From assembly GCF_964204865.1 (NCBI RefSeq), contig NC_135252.1, positions 12,710,001 through 12,774,000 of the forward strand: 64,000 nucleotides of DNA. The letters run 5' to 3'. Below the pieces are notes generated by a model that saw only the letters and a program-made list of their open reading frames with translations, was not told the DNA's origin and ran no database searches. This DNA comes from Styela clava (lineage: Eukaryota). The position numbers were made by a program, and so were the translations under genes. Shown here one piece after another: positions 55,601 through 61,600 of the stretch (the stretch's first letter is position 1; each line of letters opens with the position of its first letter).

Positions 55601-58600
55601 CTTTGCTACTATCAAAGCAAAGATACACAATTAAAAACCACCCTTTTAAACATGTCCAGGCAAATTCACTATTCGGGAAAATATTAGTCCAACAAATAGA
55701 TTCGATTACTTTTCTTATTATATATCAGTGGGACTTCTGCTGCTGCATTACCGCTGATAGCGATTTTACATTGGGTTTATATTTTGTAACTTTCAGCGAA
55801 ATACACGAACTACTGGTTTCATCTTTCAGGCTACTCCTGTTATAAGATTTAATAAAGCTCATAACCGAGAAGAGATATCCACAAGCATATGTAGATGAAA
55901 ACATGGAGAGTAATGCAGTTGCAAAGTTTTTAAGACACGGAAAATTTTTGGGAATGACATCCCAATCACGCAATAGTTCGTTTTCTGCACTCCTCTCTTG
56001 TATCCCCCCCCCCCCCCCCATAATCGCTTTTAAAGTATCTCTTTCTAAATCAATTTATAAAAGTAACCAATATGAGCTGTATAACTTCATAAATCAAGCA
56101 GAAATGAAGAAAAAAGGTGGCACAGACGAATTATATTATGTAAGAATGTAGCCAAATGAATGCTGCGCTCTTCTGGAGTCCTAACTCATTTGTTACGTCA
56201 TAATATATTTTTTGTAGCCATATGTCATGAAAGAACAAAAAGAGTTTAACTAAATAAGGGATTGTTAACAAACGATAATGAATAAACGAACACCGAGTTT
56301 CATCAGATAATTCAGAGTCTTGAAACTTTTTATCTGAAGGAGAATGATCTCGTTTCCGAAGCCTTGCTCGCGTGTCGAATAAATGGGCTCGCGTGCCAAG
56401 TTCGGCACGCGTGCCAGGGGTTGCCCACCCCTGGTCTAGGGCATTTTTTGTTCCACCAAAGGCCAGATTATAGACTATAATATATTCTGAGTTAGATAGT
56501 AATATTTTATTAATCCTGGATTTTCAAGGAAGGGGAAAGTTGATGAGATGTATTTAATCATATGGCAAACCTGGGCCTATCGTCTGTATGTAAACCAGTT
56601 TTTTTTTCCAGATGCATGGAATAGATAGCGGAGAAAGCTGTAACAGATCATCCCTTACATGAGTGATCAGCAAACTAAATGTAGTTGCGTAGCCTAATAT
56701 ACACATTTCTGGTAGTGTGCGAGTCGCATTACTTCCACCAAAGAATAATCGCCACATTAAACTTTAAATTATGTCACATTCGCACCTTCTATTGCCGTGT
56801 TTAAAGTCTGCAACAACGAGACTAATAACCAATAACTGCGATGCTGATCTGGCATATCCAGTTATAACTGGTTTGCAATGCGCAAAAAAGGGAAATATTT
56901 TCCGTCCAAGCACTTTGGAATATGCAACTCCATCGCAAACTTCCCTCCGTGTCCCAGATATATTTAATTTCAAATATCAAAATTAGCCCAACTTACGAGT
57001 ACAAACAATGATGATTAAGTAAACGACATACAATACAGCTTACTACAAAACAAGCACCGTACAGTGGCACATGGAACCTCATAAATCTGTGTGGCTGACC
57101 CCTGCCTTAAATAAACCACTCTATGATGACGAGGGGTCCAGCAAATCCCTCTCACATAACCATTTCCCACTGGATTCACATCTGCTACGCTGAGTAGTCA
57201 GATGAATGCAACAATTAGTATGATGCACTAACCATCAAGCCAATCCCCAATTTGGTTTTGTCTTCACATTGCTCTTTCCAATATGTATATTGAAGCTACT
57301 GGTAAAGACACCTTCCTTGAACAACAATAACCGATAAGCTATCTTGGACAATGACATAGGCATTTGATGATCCTGATTTATATTCATCAAAATCACAAAT
57401 GTGACAACAGCAATAGGCATGGTAGCAGGATTAAAGTGGTGTGATTTACCCAAATAAAATAGTATAGTATATTTACCAACACAATTTGATGTAGCTGAAC
57501 TCCATTCTCCAACCTTATCATTATTATTATCTTCACAAACAACTGTCTCAGATCCAGTACCATCCAATGTCATGCCTTCATTACAACTCACAGTACAAGA
57601 TGAATCGATCATATTTTCATTAGAACAACTTGCTATTGTATCGCTTGATATAAATTCATTTAAATATGGACAGGTGACGTCTAAATCAATTACAACAATA
57701 TGGTTATTTTACAGTTTGTTTATATAACGTATTATATATGACAAGGGGGTCCAAGGTTGCGAGATTGTGAAGCCATAAAAAATTTTTAGGCCGCCTCGCG
57801 GACCGCACGGAATGTGACCAGGATTCGGAGCACACTGATTTAACACAATTTTTTATTAAATCAGATATTGTATTACTTCAGCCAGTATGTTGCAGTACTA
57901 GGGCTGTCCAAAATCGAATAATTTTTTGATTCGAATCGAATCGAATATTTTCTCCGAATCGAACCGAATAATCGAATATTATTGCGCAATAGTAAATCTG
58001 TCTCTATTATACAATAAACGCCTGCCCTTCGATGTTGTGGTAATGTATGTGCAGTTACATCAAAGGAGATCACACACTTGTATGACCTGGTCAAAAAAAT
58101 TGGAGAACTCCAAAATTTGGGTCTCGAAAACTGTTGAGTGTTAAGAGTAAAAATTGCACTATTCAAAAATTGCAATCTCAATTTTGATGGATTCAGTTTT
58201 AATAGGACATGTAAAGCCTGTAGATGCTATTTTAATCCTATTCACTAGTCTTTATGTTTTTTTGTGTAAATTTCAGCAAAATAATAACATCCATCAATAT
58301 AGATAAAACTGTTGCTCAAGTTCAAAATTGCATTTAAAAATTCCAAGCTAGTTTGATGACAATATTATTTGATGACTATAATATTGTTAGTGTACAACAG
58401 CCATCAAAATGCAAGATGGAATTTGTTGTCTTGGTATATAGATGGATAATACAGTAATGCCATCATAAGAAATTACAAATTCCAATTTAAAGAAGGTATT
58501 GCCATCATAAGGATCCCAAAACCTGTTTCAGCTTTGAGTTGCCTGTACCATGTTCCTATGATAACTAACTCAACAGCTTCAAATCGATTCTATTTATAGA

Positions 58601-61600
58601 ACTATCGTTTTTTAAATTCTCTCCTTTTTCTCCTTGTTCTCTCTCAAAAACGTCACGATCGATTATACCTTGTTATGACGACCATGCATGAAATGGCTAA
58701 TCACGTGCCACCGGGCGGGCATTAGTAATGACATGTTTATCACAAAATGAAGGCGAGAGAAATATCGGGAAACCAATTAAGCAAGCCGGGAGCGAGAGTG
58801 GTCTGAGCTCGGAGCGCCGCCGCTTGCCCGGTGAAAAACATCCCGTAAAAATATTTCCGCTTTATGTACCGATACCTAATTTTAGCGATTCGAAAATCAG
58901 CCGAAAAACGATTCGAATAATTTGCGATTCGATTCGATTTCGAATATCTGGTTCGCTTGGACAGCCCTATGCAGTACCAGGAGTATAATCAGAATTTCAG
59001 ATTTTCAATGATGATTAGAGAGGTCAAAATTCAAACAAAACCTCAAAGAGCATTTTTCACTAGTTATTCAGCAGTATATCAAAGAAGGCTAAGACACACC
59101 AAAGATTTCTGTATTAAAATTTCTTAAGTTCAAAACTGGAATCGAGTCAAAATTCATTACAACTCGGACCAATAGACAACTAATTATGTCCATATTCAAG
59201 TTGATTTTCTAAAAATACTTACTACCAGTTACTATGCATATATTGACATCCTTATTTCAAATACATTTAAGTTGTTGACTTCTTATCAGAGACGACAAAA
59301 AATCTAATCTACAAATGAAATTGCAGAGAAAAACTGACCAATACAATCAGGTATTGGAGCATTCCACTCTCCTATTCCATCATCATCAGAATCTTCACAT
59401 TTTATAACACTGGTTTCTACATTTAATTTCCTTCTATCAGGACAACTGAATGTACATTCAGAATCAAATATATTTGATCTCGTGCAATCAAAAACAGTGT
59501 CAGGTGCTAGAGTTGATGGATCCAAAGTTGGGCAAGTGATGTCTGTGATTCAGAGAAGCATTATAATTTATTAAATCATGAGTCAGAAAAAGAGGAACAA
59601 GATAAATAGTCAAACAAAGTAAATAAGAAAACTAAAAAGTTTAAATGAATGTATCTCATATACGGGTGTCTTATGAATAACAGGTAATGAGCGCTTCAAT
59701 ATTCCCAACAAATTTATTATGTCTTATTAAGCTAATTCACAAAATTCAAAAAACCTAGCTTTGCATATTATTATCTATGAGCATAATTGCACTATATTAT
59801 GAGCATAATTGCACATCTTCAACTTCCACATTACTTCCACTTATACATATCAATATATCATTACTGCGTCTAGTTTGGTGACTAAGAAAATAATGTTCTG
59901 CAATCAAGACAAGAAAGTTCATACTGTATTTTACCTAGCCCTGTCATCAATCAAAATTAGTAGGCAAAGTTAACAGAAATACCCAAAACCCATGAGAACG
60001 AAAATAAGTTCTCCAACCTCTCAATGCCTCAATGGTCGTCTGAAGAACTTTGGTATAAAAAAAAATCACAAAAAAAGCATCATTAGCAATGAATGTTACA
60101 TAGTTGGTATTTCTGGTAACAAAACATTAAAGCATCTCATCCAAGTAGCCCGCCTGATGTCCTATTTTTGGATCGTAATGAAAATAAACTACTGAAGTAG
60201 TCGACTTTTTAAGAGTATAATAGCTTTCATGTCGTGTAAATTATTCAATCCATGTCAACTGCAAGAATGTAAAATGTGTTTCTTTTTTAATCTAATTGTG
60301 TTCAATGTAACTGGCGGTTGCGTCTTCTTACCACAAAACAAAAACATCACTACTCCAAAATACCCTGGCAATCTGTGGACATGAAAATTTCGTTTTGATA
60401 CATACTTTTGCTATCTGGCGAATCCGATATTATTGTTAAAAAAATGCATAAAATAAAATTTTTTTCAGTACAATGAAAATACATATACCGTATTTCTTCG
60501 CGAAGCAGTCGCTTTTCTAGACCCAAATTTTTGGCCTGATTTTGGGGGGATCGTCTTATTAGGCGAGTATGATAATTTTCATTTTTTTGCTGTCGCCTTA
60601 TTATGTATTAGGTAGGTAATGTTCTTTTATGGTGGACGCAATCGCAAGTTGAACACAATTAGATTAAAATTTAAAGAATTACCATAGTTATTATGGATTG
60701 AATATCTCGCTACAAGAAAATGTCATTATAAGCGTTTTTGACCAACAAGCAAACGCGGCGACCGCTCAAAAGGCATTTCATGGTAATTTGTGATTCAGAT
60801 GTTGATGCGATTTTACTACCCCGACTTATTGGCAGGTTATATGCAAAAACCCATTTTTTCAGGCTTGGAAACGGGCTTCGTCTTATTTACTGGGTAGACT
60901 TATTCGACAGGAAATCCGGTAGGTGTTTTAGTAAATGTATATCCAATATTCATCGCCTCGATACTTTTTCGAAGAATTATTTCTATGTCGCCTAAAAGTA
61001 ATAAATTCCTAATCGATACAGGCATATTTAAAATGTTTTGCTTTAATAATTTAATTTTCTTCAATTTAACCTGCGGTTGCATCGACAAGATAAAAGCATC
61101 ACTAGTCACTACCCCAAAATACCACTGTAGTCCGGGGAAATAAAAAATGTGTGGTTAACTGCACGATTATATCTTGTTTTTACTGCCATTTTGCGAATTC
61201 GACAAATATGAGCTGTACTTGCAACACTGACTCCACTCTATCGCAATGCTGCCACTCACATTATTTTCAAAATATGATCTGAGAAAAATCCCCAGGTTTG
61301 GTATAAAATCTTACTGAGCAGAATTTAATTGAGTATGTACAATAAAAATTGAATGCATATTCTTTAGATTATTTATCTTATATATCATGACAATCCGGGA
61401 AAATGTCCAACCTTGTATAATGCTAACATGAAAATTTTCGATAGCAATTTAAAGGAATGGATAAATGTATAAAGAGGTAAATTCTGAGCACTATTACATG
61501 TGTTTCATTTCAGTGACGGTATGGTTTTCAACGTCAATCAAACGTATTAATGATATTTTGAGATATTCAATGCCTAAAGAAGTGTATTTAATCTATCGCG

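Larger units (their letters stand above)
27014..59542 (-). repeat. Eight tandem copies of a four-exon (R1-R2-R3-R4) sushi cassette
   Basis: Strict R1,R2,R3,R4 order x8, 819 coding nt per unit (825 in unit 8); inner units also share intron sequence. Confidence 0.92.

Noticed and set aside
27014-59542. Repeat-spacer-like periodicity (CRISPR-like or DGR-like template/variable repeats)
   Set aside because: The repeats are spliceosomal coding exons in a eukaryotic gene; there are no cas genes, no adenine-specific variation is evident, and the only RT is a Gypsy pol
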